Of a stretch of DNA of 64,000 nucleotides, positions 1 through 9,712 are shown piece after piece. The position numbers and the translations under genes are program-made. The notes under the pieces were generated by a model. It did no database searches and had not been told where the DNA came from. It was given only the letters and a program-made list of their open reading frames with translations. This stretch comes from a bacterium (lineage in GTDB: Bacteria > UBA8248): positions 320,001 to 384,000 of the forward strand of contig OZ242260.1 of the NCBI GenBank assembly GCA_965207065.1, given 5' to 3'. Every line of letters begins with the position of its first letter. Within the stretch, counting starts at the first letter, position 1.

Positions 1-552
1 CTGGGAGAGCACTTCGGCGGAGATGTAGGGATCGTAGGCGAGTACGTTCATGCCCAGACTGCGGGCGAACGTCGCCGTCTGTGAACCCACGCGCCCCATC
101 CCCACGACGCCCAGGGTTTTGGAAGATAGCTCGCTGCCCACAAAGCGGCTGCGCTCCCACTTCCCGCCCTTGAGGGAGGAGACAGCCGAGGGAATCTTGC
201 GCGCCAGCGAGAACATCATGGCGATGGTGTGCTCCGCCGTGGTGATGACGTTGCCGTCGGGCGCGTTCGCCACCAGAATGCCGCGCATGCTGGCGGCCTC
301 GAGGTCCACGTTGTCCACCCCGATGCCCGCGCGCGCGACCACCTTGAGCGTCTCGCCAGTACCCAGAAGCTCATCATCCACCTGCGTGCCGCTCCGGACG
401 ATGAGCGCATCGGCGGTTTTGACGGCTTCGAGTATTTCCTCCCGCGAGGAGGAGGTGTAGTCGAGGACTTCAAAGCCCTCTTGGTCCTCAAGTATCTCAT
501 GCGCCCTCGGCGAGAGCGGCTCGGCAATCAATACGCGAAACGTCTGGTTCAT
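1..552 (-). CDS. serA: D-3-phosphoglycerate dehydrogenase, 5' part (runs off the window)
   Basis: Manual translation from ATG at 552: MNQTFRVLIAEPLS...ALIVRSGTQVD...VVARAGIGVDNVD...NAPDGNVITTAEHTIAM...KTLGVVGMGRVG. ATGA overlap with the upstream aminotransferase. Not in the ORF track. Confidence 0.9.
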   Translation of the reverse strand, partial: MNQTFRVLIAEPLSPRAHEILEDQEGFEVLDYTSSSREEILEAVKTADALIVRSGTQVDDELLGTGETLKVVARAGIGVDNVDLEAASMRGILVANAPDGNVITTAEHTIAMMFSLARKIPSAVSSLKGGKWERSRFVGSELSSKTLGVVGMGRVGSQTATFARSLGMNVLAYDPYISAEVLSQ

Positions 553-1688
553 TGGTTGAACACCTCTTGCGCTGCGGTGAGGCCGCGCCCTCTATCCAGT
601 GAATAGCCCAGATCGGCCAGGGTCGACTCCAGCGCGCCGACCGCGGCCAGCACGTCGGAGGAATCCACGTAACCCAGGTGACCGATACGGAAAATTCTGC
701 CGCTCAGGACATCCTGACCGCCGGCGATGGTCACCCCGTGCGCATCCTGCATCCTCAGGGGAATCGCCTTCCCGTCCACTCCCTCCGGCACGCAAACGGC
801 GGTGAGGGACTCGCTCTTCAAGTCCCGTGGGAATATGGTCATCCCCAATGCCTCGACGGCCGCCCCCGTCGCCCGCGCCAGCAGCGCATGCCGCGCGAAG
901 ACGTTCTCCAGCCCCTCCTCGCGCATCATGTCGAGCGCGACCGCCAGACCCGCCAGAAGCGAGATCGCAGGGGTCCAGGCGGTGGTGTTCTTCATCTGGC
1001 TCTTTCGCTCGATTTCGAGGTCGAAGTAATACTTCGGCGAGGTCGATTCCGAAGCGGCGCGCCAAGCCCGCTCGCTCAGCCAGACGAAGGCCAGCCCCGG
1101 CGGGAGCATGAGCGCCTTCTGGCTCCCCGTGATCACGGCGTCCAGGTCCCAATCCTCGGTCTTGAGATCGTACACGCCAAGAGCCGTGATGGCGTCCACC
1201 ACCACAAGCGTATCGGGCGATCGCTCGCGCACCACTCTCGCGACGGCCTGCGTGTCGTGCTTGGCGCCCGTGGAGGTCTCGCTCGCCTGCATCAGCAGGG
1301 CCTTGTGCCCTCCCCGCTCGAGGCGCGCCTCCAGAACATTCAGATCGACCGAACGGCCCCATTCCACCTCCAGGACGTCCGCCTCGACCCCGTACGCCGC
1401 GCAAAGCTCCGTCCAGCGCTCGCCGAACTTGCCGCCCTCGATCACGAGCGCGGAATCGCCCGGCGAGAGAAGGTTCGCCACCGCCGCCTCCATGCCGCCC
1501 GTACCCGAAGCGGCGAGGGTGATGACGTCGCCGCTCGTCTGGAAGAGCCATTCGAGGCCGCGCCGCGCCCCTTCGAAGTGCGCCTCGAACTCCCGTGTCC
1601 GGTGGTGAATCAGGGGCCGCGCCATCGCTTCGAGCACCCGGTGGGGAACCGGCGTGGGACCGGGGGCCATGAGGTGGTGCTTGTTCAT
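549..1688 (-). CDS. Class V PLP aminotransferase (alanine-glyoxylate/serine-pyruvate family)
   Basis: LMAPGPTPVP, SGTGGMEAAVAN, ETSTG, VDAIT and GSQKALMLPPGL motifs; coupled to serA. Confidence 0.92.
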   Translation of the reverse strand: MNKHHLMAPGPTPVPHRVLEAMARPLIHHRTREFEAHFEGARRGLEWLFQTSGDVITLAASGTGGMEAAVANLLSPGDSALVIEGGKFGERWTELCAAYGVEADVLEVEWGRSVDLNVLEARLERGGHKALLMQASETSTGAKHDTQAVARVVRERSPDTLVVVDAITALGVYDLKTEDWDLDAVITGSQKALMLPPGLAFVWLSERAWRAASESTSPKYYFDLEIERKSQMKNTTAWTPAISLLAGLAVALDMMREEGLENVFARHALLARATGAAVEALGMTIFPRDLKSESLTAVCVPEGVDGKAIPLRMQDAHGVTIAGGQDVLSGRIFRIGHLGYVDSSDVLAAVGALESTLADLGYSLDRGRGLTAAQEVFNQ

Positions 1689-1892
1689 TTCTCGCTCTTT
1701 CCCAAATGTGTGTCGTTTCGGACGGACGCGCGGCTACGCCCCAAGGATATACCATCCCCCGCCAAACCCCTCAAGCGATATCGTCTGGAAAGCGGGGCTA
1801 TGCGTAAAGGAACGAGCGCAAGAAACGGATAAACGCGCCTCTTTTCGTGAATATTTATAAGGCTGTTCGTGAACGTCCTTGCCACAGGAAGC

Positions 1893-2023
1893 GGGCGCTT
1901 CACGACGCGCCCCTATGGGAGAATCGTCGTAGGGGCAAGGCCCCTGTGCCTGCCCGGCCCTGCGTCTTTCCTACGAGGGACAACCACGGGGGGCAAGACA
2001 ACCCAGAAAGGTTGTCCTGCTAC
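1893..2023. repeat. REP-like palindrome cluster (GTAG type)
   Basis: gggcgcttcacgacgcgcccctatggg and gtaggggcaaggcccctgtgcctgccc; near-identical units recur at 51171-51360. Confidence 0.65.
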
Positions 2024-2049
2024 AAAACCACCACAACATATCCACACAC

Positions 2050-2079
2050 AAAAAAACCGGGGGGCCGAAGCCCCCCGGT
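2050..2079 (-). terminator. Rho-independent terminator of porin A
   Basis: accggggggc-ttcg-gccccccggt stem followed by a T run on the minus strand. Confidence 0.9.
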
Positions 2080-2120
2080 CGTCGTCGCGTCAGGTAAGGA
2101 CGCGTACGTCCTTCGTGCTG

Positions 2121-3338
2121 CTAGAAGATGTGGCGCAGCGTCCAGCCGACCGCCCAGCCGTCTTCCGCTTCAGGACCATCGACCGCTCTGCCGTAATCGC
2201 CGCGCAGAATAACGGCGCCCACACCGCGAAGCTCGAGATTCGAGTGGATCTTCCACTTGAAGCCGGCGTTGAGCTCGGTGCCGTATTCCTTCGCGTCCAT
2301 CGTGTCCGCCGCGAGGGAAGGTTCGGCGGAATTGTAAAGGGATACGCCGCCACCCAGCGTCAAGGTCTTGCTGACTTTGAAATCGGCCAGCCCCTCGATC
2401 ACGGTCGCGCCGTTCAAGCTGCGCAGATGCACGCTTCTGATGTTATTGCCCAGAGTCGTCCAGCGGCGCGAAGTCATGATGTGGCCGCCCACGAACCAGC
2501 CGGAGCCACCTTCCTGTGGCGTATTGAAGCGGCCGTCTTCGTTGGCTTTGGTGCCGTCATTGCCGGAGAGCATGGTGAGGTTGCCGCTCAGCTTCAGCTT
2601 GCCGAGACTCGCGGAAGTCCTCAGCAGGACCGCCCAACCAGAGAGTTCTGCGCCGCTTGAGAGGTCACCCTCCTGGATGACGACAGAACCGTTCACGTTG
2701 AGGATGCCCACCTTGGTCTTGGCGTTCAAACCGAGGAAGCTGTAGTCATAGCCGCCGGCCGCTGCGTCTCTCGAGTTGGCCACCCACGGCGAAACCGTGA
2801 GAGTGGGGGACAATTTAAAGCTCAGGCTGGCGTAATAATCCTTCGCATCGTCGTTTTCTGGGCCGGCGTCTTCATTCGCGCTGGTCATGAATGCGCTCAG
2901 CGAGATGTTCTTGCTCAGCTTGCCGTAGAGCGCAATGCCAGGCTCACGATGACGGCCGCTGCTGTCGTAAATTTCCTTGTCCGGAGAGAAGTAGTCCGTC
3001 CGGCCCATGCGGATGCGGAGCGCGCTGCCCGGAACCGCGAAGTCGAGCACCCAGCGGTTGACGCCGACGGTCTGCCGGCCGGGGCCGATTGCGAAGCCAC
3101 CGTTCGCGCTTACGAACTCGGGCTCCCACACGGCCGTAACGGCGCCGTTCTTCGCCGTGAAGCGCGGACGAATGAGCGCGTCCAGGTATCTATCCTTGTC
3201 TCCATCGTCTCCTTCAACGGCTTCACTGGAGCCACGCACCCGGTAGAAGCCGCTGAACTTCAGATCGGCAGCGTACGTGGGCGCAGTAAATGATACGACG
3301 AGCGCCAGCGCAAATAGAGCTAACAGAATTTTCCTCAT
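2121..3338 (-). CDS. Outer-membrane beta-barrel/porin-like protein, paralog A
   Basis: Sec signal peptide (MRKILLALFALALVVSFTAPTYA), alternating amphipathic strands, C-terminal Phe (LRHIF); paralog of 6653..7936. Confidence 0.8.
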   Translation of the reverse strand: MRKILLALFALALVVSFTAPTYAADLKFSGFYRVRGSSEAVEGDDGDKDRYLDALIRPRFTAKNGAVTAVWEPEFVSANGGFAIGPGRQTVGVNRWVLDFAVPGSALRIRMGRTDYFSPDKEIYDSSGRHREPGIALYGKLSKNISLSAFMTSANEDAGPENDDAKDYYASLSFKLSPTLTVSPWVANSRDAAAGGYDYSFLGLNAKTKVGILNVNGSVVIQEGDLSSGAELSGWAVLLRTSASLGKLKLSGNLTMLSGNDGTKANEDGRFNTPQEGGSGWFVGGHIMTSRRWTTLGNNIRSVHLRSLNGATVIEGLADFKVSKTLTLGGGVSLYNSAEPSLAADTMDAKEYGTELNAGFKWKIHSNLELRGVGAVILRGDYGRAVDGPEAEDGWAVGWTLRHIF

Positions 3339-3592
3339 GTGTATTTCTCCTCATCGAGGTTTCAAAAAAATGTTGCCGCCTTCCTTCGATTTAATGTCTT
3401 GGTTGTTAAATGCTTCTGCATCTGTGCTTCGTCGTCTGCAACAGGGCTTCCCGTTCTCGCATCACCCCCTCTCCTCAATGCTGCCCCGTACGTCGACAAG
3501 TTTCTATCGAGCGATCTGATTATTGCCGCTTATATAGACACTATCCCGCTAAAGAAAATAGTCATTCCATTCCCCATTTCTCAAAGAATAGA
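3339..3592 (-). repeat. Long 5' leader/promoter of porin A; left arm of an imperfect inverted repeat
   Basis: Reverse complement aligns with 6423-6652; includes a perfect 29-bp match (3424-3452 vs 6537-6565). Confidence 0.9.
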
Positions 3593-3869
3593 GATGATAT
3601 GATTTAAAAGCTAAAACGCCGACAATCATGCGCATGGATGCGCTCATATAATATAAATATATGTTTTTAATTGATTTATAATTACATTTTCTTCCGCGTT
3701 GCCCCTTGCGCCATCGCCAGATTTGTGCTGGAATGCGCTCTCAGTTGATGCAGGACGTATGCGTTTTGATGACGTATTTTGACGGGAGCGCCGCGCCGGA
3801 GCATGCGGATGGGCGTTCCCGCAGACCGCCGCAGGCATGCGGTTTGATGACACACCGGAGGGAGGAACC

Positions 3870-5054
3870 ATGCCGAGGAGAAGCGAATTCAGGCTCACCA
3901 AGCGCGCCGTAGACGCGCTCGAAACCGAACGCCGCGACGCCCTGTTCTGGGACCGGGATCTGGCCGGATTCGGGGTGCGCGTCCATGCCACGGGACGGAA
4001 GGCTTTTGTCGCGCAATCGAGAGGCCCCGGGGGGATAAAACGCGTGACCCTGGGCCGTGACGGGGAGATGTCGTGCGAGGAGGCGAGGAGGCAGGCCGCC
4101 ATCGTCATCGACCGCATTAAAAGCGGCGAGGACCCGGTCCCGAAGCCGCCTGCGGCGGAGCCGACAGTGGCCGTGCTCGCCGAGCGCTTCATGCGCACTT
4201 ACGTGGAGAGACGCCTCAAGCCGGGCAGCGTCGTGGAGTACCGCACCATGCTGGACAAATATATCCTGCCGGCCCTGGGGGGGATGGCGCTGTCCGGGGT
4301 CAGGCGGGCGCAAATCTCCGCGTTTCATCACGGCATGCGCGGCATGCCGAGCCGGGCGAACACGTCGCTCCACGTCCTCTCCCGGATGTTCAGCCTGGCC
4401 GAGGCGTGGGACCTCGTCCCGCCCGGACGGAATCCGTGCAGGGGAGTGCCGCTATACAGAACGCGCTCGCGCGAGCGGTTCCTGACGACGGAGGAATACC
4501 GCCGCCTGGGCCGGACGTTAAAAGAGGCCGAGGCGGACGGCTCGATCTGGCCGCCCGCGATCAAGGCGATCCGGCTGCTCATGCTGACCGGATGCCGGAG
4601 GAACGAGATACTGAACCTTAAGTGGGACGATGTGGACCGCACGGCGGGCGTTCTGAGGCTGAAGGACGCCAAGGCGGGCCCCCGCATGGTTCCCCTGACG
4701 AATCCCGTGCGCAGGGTTCTCGAGACGCTGCCCCGGAAGCGGGGCGAGCCGTGGGTGATCCTCGGGCAAAAACCGGGCCGGAACCTGCAGAGCCTCTATT
4801 ACTACTGGCGGCCCATACGGGAGCGGGCGGGTCTCTCCGACGTGCGGATCCATGACCTTCGCCACTCGTTCGCTTCGCGTGCGCTGGCGCTGGGCGAGAG
4901 CCTCTACACGATCGGCAAGCTGTTGGGACACGCGACGGTGCCGACGACGGCGCGCTACACGCATCTGATGCTCCGGGCCGAGAAGGATGCGGCCTCCCGT
5001 GTGGGGGGAAGCATCGGCGTTCACCTGACGAACGAGAAGGAGGAACTTGAATGA
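3870..5054 (+). CDS. Tyrosine recombinase/integrase 1 (N-terminal arm-binding DUF4102-like domain)
   Basis: LTKRAVDAL...FWDRDLAGFGVRV N-terminus; catalytic TGCRRNE, KAG, HDLRH, LLGH, TARY; GGAGG RBS before ATG 3870. Confidence 0.93.
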   Translation: MPRRSEFRLTKRAVDALETERRDALFWDRDLAGFGVRVHATGRKAFVAQSRGPGGIKRVTLGRDGEMSCEEARRQAAIVIDRIKSGEDPVPKPPAAEPTVAVLAERFMRTYVERRLKPGSVVEYRTMLDKYILPALGGMALSGVRRAQISAFHHGMRGMPSRANTSLHVLSRMFSLAEAWDLVPPGRNPCRGVPLYRTRSRERFLTTEEYRRLGRTLKEAEADGSIWPPAIKAIRLLMLTGCRRNEILNLKWDDVDRTAGVLRLKDAKAGPRMVPLTNPVRRVLETLPRKRGEPWVILGQKPGRNLQSLYYYWRPIRERAGLSDVRIHDLRHSFASRALALGESLYTIGKLLGHATVPTTARYTHLMLRAEKDAASRVGGSIGVHLTNEKEELE

Positions 5055-6220
5055 AGAAGCCGGGCACGATGGTGCTGTCGAGCCGGATGGTGGAGAAGTT
5101 TGTCGTGGAAAAAGACACGGTGTACTGGGATAGTTACGTCACCGGCTTCGGCGTCAGGGTGTATCCGAGCGGGAGCAAGGTCTACATCGCCCAGGCGCGG
5201 GGGCCCGGGGGGCCGAAGCGCGTGACGATAGGCCGCCACGGGGTGATCAACGCGGATGAGGCGAGGAGGCGCGCGGCGCTCGTCGTCAATCGCATCAAGT
5301 CGGGCGAGGAAGCGGTTCCGAAACCGATGAAGCCCGTGGCCGGTCCCACGGTGGCCGAAGCCGCCGCGCGGTATCTCGCCGAGTACGTGGAGGTGCGCTG
5401 TAAGCCGCACACCGCCGCCATGACCCGGTCTCTGCTCGGAAGGCGCATCCTGCCCGCCCTGGGCGGGACGCCGCTCGTGGTGGTGGAGCGCGCGCAGGTG
5501 GCGGAACTGCACCAGAGCATGCACGAGACGCCCCCGACGGCGAACAGGACAGTCGGCATCCTCTCCGCGCTATACCGGTATGCCGAGAGGTGGGGCCTCA
5601 TTCCCGAGGGAGCGCCGAACCCTTGCCGCGCCGTCGTCAAATTCCCCAAGCGGCAGGGGGAGCGTTTTTTGACGGATGAGGAGTTCATCCGCCTGGGACG
5701 CACGCTCGACGAGGTGGAGAGCGGTAAGCCGAAGTGCGCGAACGCGGTGGCGGCGATCAGGCTTCTGGCCCTGACGGGTTGCCGGAAGAGCGAGATACTC
5801 ACCCTGCGCTGGGAGAACGTGGCGCTGGAAGAAGGTGAATTGAGACTGCCCGATTCCAAGACGGGCGCCCGCGTGGTCTCGCTCCCGCCGCAGGCGGTCG
5901 CGCTCCTGGCCGCCCTTCCCCGGGAGGAGGGGAATCCCTGGGTAATTCGCGGCAGGAAGCCTGGCGTGCGCCTGAGGAACATCTACGGCGTCTGGTACTC
6001 CGTCCGCGCTCGGGCGGATCTCGATGACGTGCGGCTCCACGATCTCCGCCATTCGTTCGCGTCGCGGGCGCTCGCGCTGGGCGAGAGTCTTCCGATGATC
6101 GGCAGGCTCCTGGGGCACAGCCGGATCGAGACCACGGCGCGCTACGCGCACCTCGCGCGCGATACCGCCCACGAGGCGGCCGAGCGGGTTGCGGCGAGCA
6201 TCGAGAAAGACATACTATGA
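5051..6220 (+). CDS. Tyrosine recombinase/integrase 2, paralog of integrase 1
   Basis: YWDSYVTGFGVRV; TGCRKSE, KTG, HDLRH, LLGH, TARY; ATGA overlap with integrase 1. Confidence 0.93.
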   Translation: MKKPGTMVLSSRMVEKFVVEKDTVYWDSYVTGFGVRVYPSGSKVYIAQARGPGGPKRVTIGRHGVINADEARRRAALVVNRIKSGEEAVPKPMKPVAGPTVAEAAARYLAEYVEVRCKPHTAAMTRSLLGRRILPALGGTPLVVVERAQVAELHQSMHETPPTANRTVGILSALYRYAERWGLIPEGAPNPCRAVVKFPKRQGERFLTDEEFIRLGRTLDEVESGKPKCANAVAAIRLLALTGCRKSEILTLRWENVALEEGELRLPDSKTGARVVSLPPQAVALLAALPREEGNPWVIRGRKPGVRLRNIYGVWYSVRARADLDDVRLHDLRHSFASRALALGESLPMIGRLLGHSRIETTARYAHLARDTAHEAAERVAASIEKDIL

Positions 6221-6400
6221 GAGGCAATCGACGGGGTGGACGAAAAAGAATTGATTTGCCTGACCGGATTCGTGGCTCGTTTTTTGGAAAATTTCTGGAT
6301 TCGGGGTTTGACAAATCAGGGTATCTTCGCTAATGCTATTGATATGGGGAATAGGACGACTGATTCCGAAAATTTTTTGCGAATTCACATGGGAAGTTTG

Positions 6401-6430
6401 TTGACAAAACATGAATTTTCCGTCTATTCT
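6401..6430 (+). promoter_or_regulatory. Sigma70-like promoter for porin B
   Basis: TTGACA (6401-6406), 18-nt spacer, TATTCT (6425-6430). Confidence 0.6.
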
Positions 6431-6652
6431 TTTGTGAAGTAATGAATATCACATAAGCGGGAAACTGCTGGTTCGCTCGATAGAACCTTAGTCGAATTAC
6501 GGGGTGGTGCTTACGGAGAGGGGGTGATGCGGGAGAGGGAAGCCCTGTTGCAGACGACGAAGCACGGATACAGAAGCATTGGACAACCAGGACATTAAAT
6601 CGAAGGAATACGGCAACATTTTTTTGTGAAACCTCAATGAGGAGAAATACAC
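6423..6652 (+). repeat. Long 5' leader of porin B; right arm of the inverted repeat
   Basis: Homologous to the reverse complement of 3339-3592; ends in the shared atgaggagaaatacacATG. Confidence 0.9.
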
Positions 6653-7936
6653 ATGAAGAAACTTCTGTTAGCACTATTCGCGATTGCGCTCGTCGTGGCG
6701 TTTACCGCGCCCTCGTATGCGGCCGACTTCAAAATGAAAGGTTTCTACCGTGTTCGCGCTTTCAGTGGCAGCCTCAATCAGGCCGATAATGATAACGATG
6801 ACGGATCCGCCAGTGGTATCGACTCGCTGATAAGGCCGAACTTCTTGACGAGTGTCGATGGCGGCAAAATCAAGGCCAGATGGGAAATCGACTGGTATGA
6901 AAACGATAACTCCGCGAACGCGAATGCGGTCTGGGGACAAAACGGCGGCAGCCGCATCGGCGTGGGAACGAACCGCTGGCATATCGATTTCGCGATTCCG
7001 GGCAGTGCGCTCCGCATGCGCTTGGGCCGCGAGGACTACACCTCCCCGGACAAGGAAATTTTCGACTCCGCTGGGGCCAATCGTAAGCCTGGCATCGGGG
7101 TCTATGGCAAGCTCAGCAAGAACATGTCGCTCAGCATGTTCATGGTTCGGGCTGGGGCGAGCGGCTCAAACCGCACAGTCGAGACTGAGGATAAAAACAA
7201 AGACAGCTACTTCGCGGCTTTGGGCATCAAGGTTTCCCCGACGACCACTCTTACTCCTTGGGTGGCCCTGCACCGCGACGGCGAGCATAAATCCCTCACG
7301 TACGCTGCCCTGCACGCCAAGGCGAAAGTCGGCATCTTCAGCGTGAACGCCACCGGCGTTACGGTGGGTGGTGATTATTCAGATACAATGGATGCTTCCG
7401 GCTGGGCGTTTCTGTTGAGAAACACAGCCAGCCTGGGCAAATTGAAGCTCATGGCCAACCTGACGATGCTCTCGGGCGATGACAACGAAACTGACAAAGA
7501 AGTAGGCGAGTTCAGTCTATTGTTTCCCAACGCGGGCGATATCGTCAGTGGTGTTCTCATTTCGGGCCGCGGCAACATCATGCTCATTGACGCGAATGAA
7601 CGCATCAGGGGGAACACAAGCAATGGGAAGCTGACGAAGAACAAAGGAAAAATGGGGTTGACAAACGGCGCGGTCATCGGCGAACTCGGACTTAAGTATC
7701 AGGTCAGCAAGACCTTGAATCTGGGCGCCGGGATATACATCTACCAGTCTGCGGAAGATGACAGTGAAGGCGACAGTGACTTCGGCACCGAGTTCGACTT
7801 CGGCATGCAATGGAAGATTTATTCCAATCTGGCGCTTCGCGCGGGATTCGCGTACTTGGCGGCCGGCGACTACGGCACGAACAACGACAAGGAAGACTCC
7901 TGGATGACCGCAGTTTCTCTGCGCCACATCTTCTAG
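6653..7936 (+). CDS. Outer-membrane beta-barrel/porin-like protein, paralog B
   Basis: Signal peptide; shared blocks with paralog A (GFYRVR, NRW.DFA.PGSALR.R.GR.DY.SPDKEI, YGKLSKN, ASLGKLKL, LRHIF). Confidence 0.8.
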   Translation: MKKLLLALFAIALVVAFTAPSYAADFKMKGFYRVRAFSGSLNQADNDNDDGSASGIDSLIRPNFLTSVDGGKIKARWEIDWYENDNSANANAVWGQNGGSRIGVGTNRWHIDFAIPGSALRMRLGREDYTSPDKEIFDSAGANRKPGIGVYGKLSKNMSLSMFMVRAGASGSNRTVETEDKNKDSYFAALGIKVSPTTTLTPWVALHRDGEHKSLTYAALHAKAKVGIFSVNATGVTVGGDYSDTMDASGWAFLLRNTASLGKLKLMANLTMLSGDDNETDKEVGEFSLLFPNAGDIVSGVLISGRGNIMLIDANERIRGNTSNGKLTKNKGKMGLTNGAVIGELGLKYQVSKTLNLGAGIYIYQSAEDDSEGDSDFGTEFDFGMQWKIYSNLALRAGFAYLAAGDYGTNNDKEDSWMTAVSLRHIF

Positions 7937-7976
7937 GAGCTTGATTGACTTCGCGTCCTCACCTGACGCGACCATA

Positions 7977-8009
7977 ACCGGGGGGCTTCGGCCCCCCGGT
8001 TTTTTTTTT
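7977..8009 (+). terminator. Rho-independent terminator of porin B
   Basis: Same stem-loop as 2050-2079, followed by a T run. Confidence 0.9.
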
Positions 8010-8319
8010 GTGTGTGGACAACTGTCATAATCGAGTACAAGAGCAGAAAATTCTCCGTCTCTCGCTCCTGTGCCGCTTATGCCTTTTCTTATTCGTGCCT
8101 GTCTGTCGCTGGATCACCATGTACCGTTTTCGGTACGCGCGGGGCATGGGGACGCCGCCATTATTGAGTCGTCGGTTATCCCGACAAAAAACCGGCCGCG
8201 ACGCCCTCCATTGGCGCCGGCGATGTCTCCACGGCAGACGCCAGAACCTGATCGCTGGCTTCCGCGTCACGACGCAGATGGCCTTTTGTGCGATTCCCGC
8301 AATCTGGCGAGATGGCGGT

Positions 8320-8950
8320 TGAAGAGTGCTTTCGTCTCCCTCGTTCCACCAGTTCCATTGCCAGACGCCTTCAATCAGGATGGAACGCAGGCGCTTCTGT
8401 CCGACAGGCCGGAGCTGGGCGCGGACCAAGCTGTCGCCGCTATGGCGGACGACGGGCGAAAGGCTCAGACAGGAGGCCACCTTCTTGACGCGGTTGAAGC
8501 GCTCCGGCGCAAATATCTCGGCCAAGAACCTCGCCGACCCCGCCAGGTTGCATCAAGCATTCGTAACGGTCCGGATGCAGACGCTTCGTCTCTCGCCTGA
8601 CCTCACGTTTCAAGAACCGATGTTCTTCCTGGCAATACTCGCGGATCATTGATATTCAGGGCATCGTTCATGCTTAGGCGCCAGGGGTAGCGCCTCAAGA
8701 TCGTCCCCTACGGTACTTACCCATTGCCTCGTGCCCAGCGGCTCCTCGATGCCCGATGTCGGCAGAAATTCCTTTATCTTCTGCTTGATCCCTGGTCCCG
8801 GCCTAGGACATCCGCTTGCAACGCCGTACAAGTGCTCGATTACCTTCTTCATTGAGAGAGGAAACAGCTACGGACTCCCGGCGAAGCAAATGGCCGGTTG
8901 CTCCGCGTCGATTCGGTCGTTTCAACCTGCCGCCGCGGTAGGAGCTTCAT
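8320..8950 (-). pseudogene. IS110-family transposase relic, multiple frameshifts
   Basis: Fragments across frames: DRIDAEQ (KTDRIDA-like), IKQKIKEFL..GIEEP, AEIFAPERF..VASCLSLSPVVRHSG..GQKRLRSILIEGVW. Confidence 0.7.
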
Positions 8951-9712
8951 ACCTGAGACATATAAAAAATCGACAGGGAAACCAGACGGCGGCTGGGCCT
9001 TTGTGCCGGGATTACTTGCTGGATGAGTCACCACTGGATGATGCGCGAAATCGTGGAGACCGTCCCGAAACCGCCGCGATTCGGGAGGACGACGCCGGGC
9101 TCTCGACATCTCCCGGCAGCGCCGGATTCGCTCGAAATGAAGGCCGTTCTCCTTAGGAGCCGTGAAGCTGAACCGGCGCTCGCAGAACTTTCATTCCCTG
9201 CGAATAACTCGGGACGGGGCGCAAGATCGGGCGAGCGCGTTGCCACGACCAGGACGGCGAAGGACCGGCAAGTCCACACGGGCTATGTAATATTATTCAG
9301 ACTTGCCGTTACGGGCAGACGATGAAAACCAGCGATCGAGCCGTCGATACGTTCAAACAGTTCTGAGGGAAGACAGCCTGGACAGATTCCAGGGAGGGAA
9401 CGCCCGCTCGACATTTCCGGGAGCGAACGTCTCGAGCAAACCTGCGCGCATGGTCAGTGATTTCTGATTACATGATTGATTTTACGATATCCACGCCTGG
9501 AGACGGGTATGTTACACGGCGCCTTCCGGGATTTCGAGAGATAATCCGGGCGCAACCTGGGAGATTCAGGAAAAACTGAAGCGAACTTCTTTCCCCATTC
9601 GGCTGATTGAGGCACGAGAAAAAATTCTTCCTTCCAGGCTTCCCGAACCCCGCAAATTCGTCTCACACCCCGGATAACCGGACGAAGCCTCAAACCTTTA
9701 AAGCAGGGAATT

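Noticed and set aside
2121-7936. Diversity-generating retroelement acting on the porin paralogs
   Set aside because: No reverse transcriptase in the window, and differences between copies are not adenine-specific.
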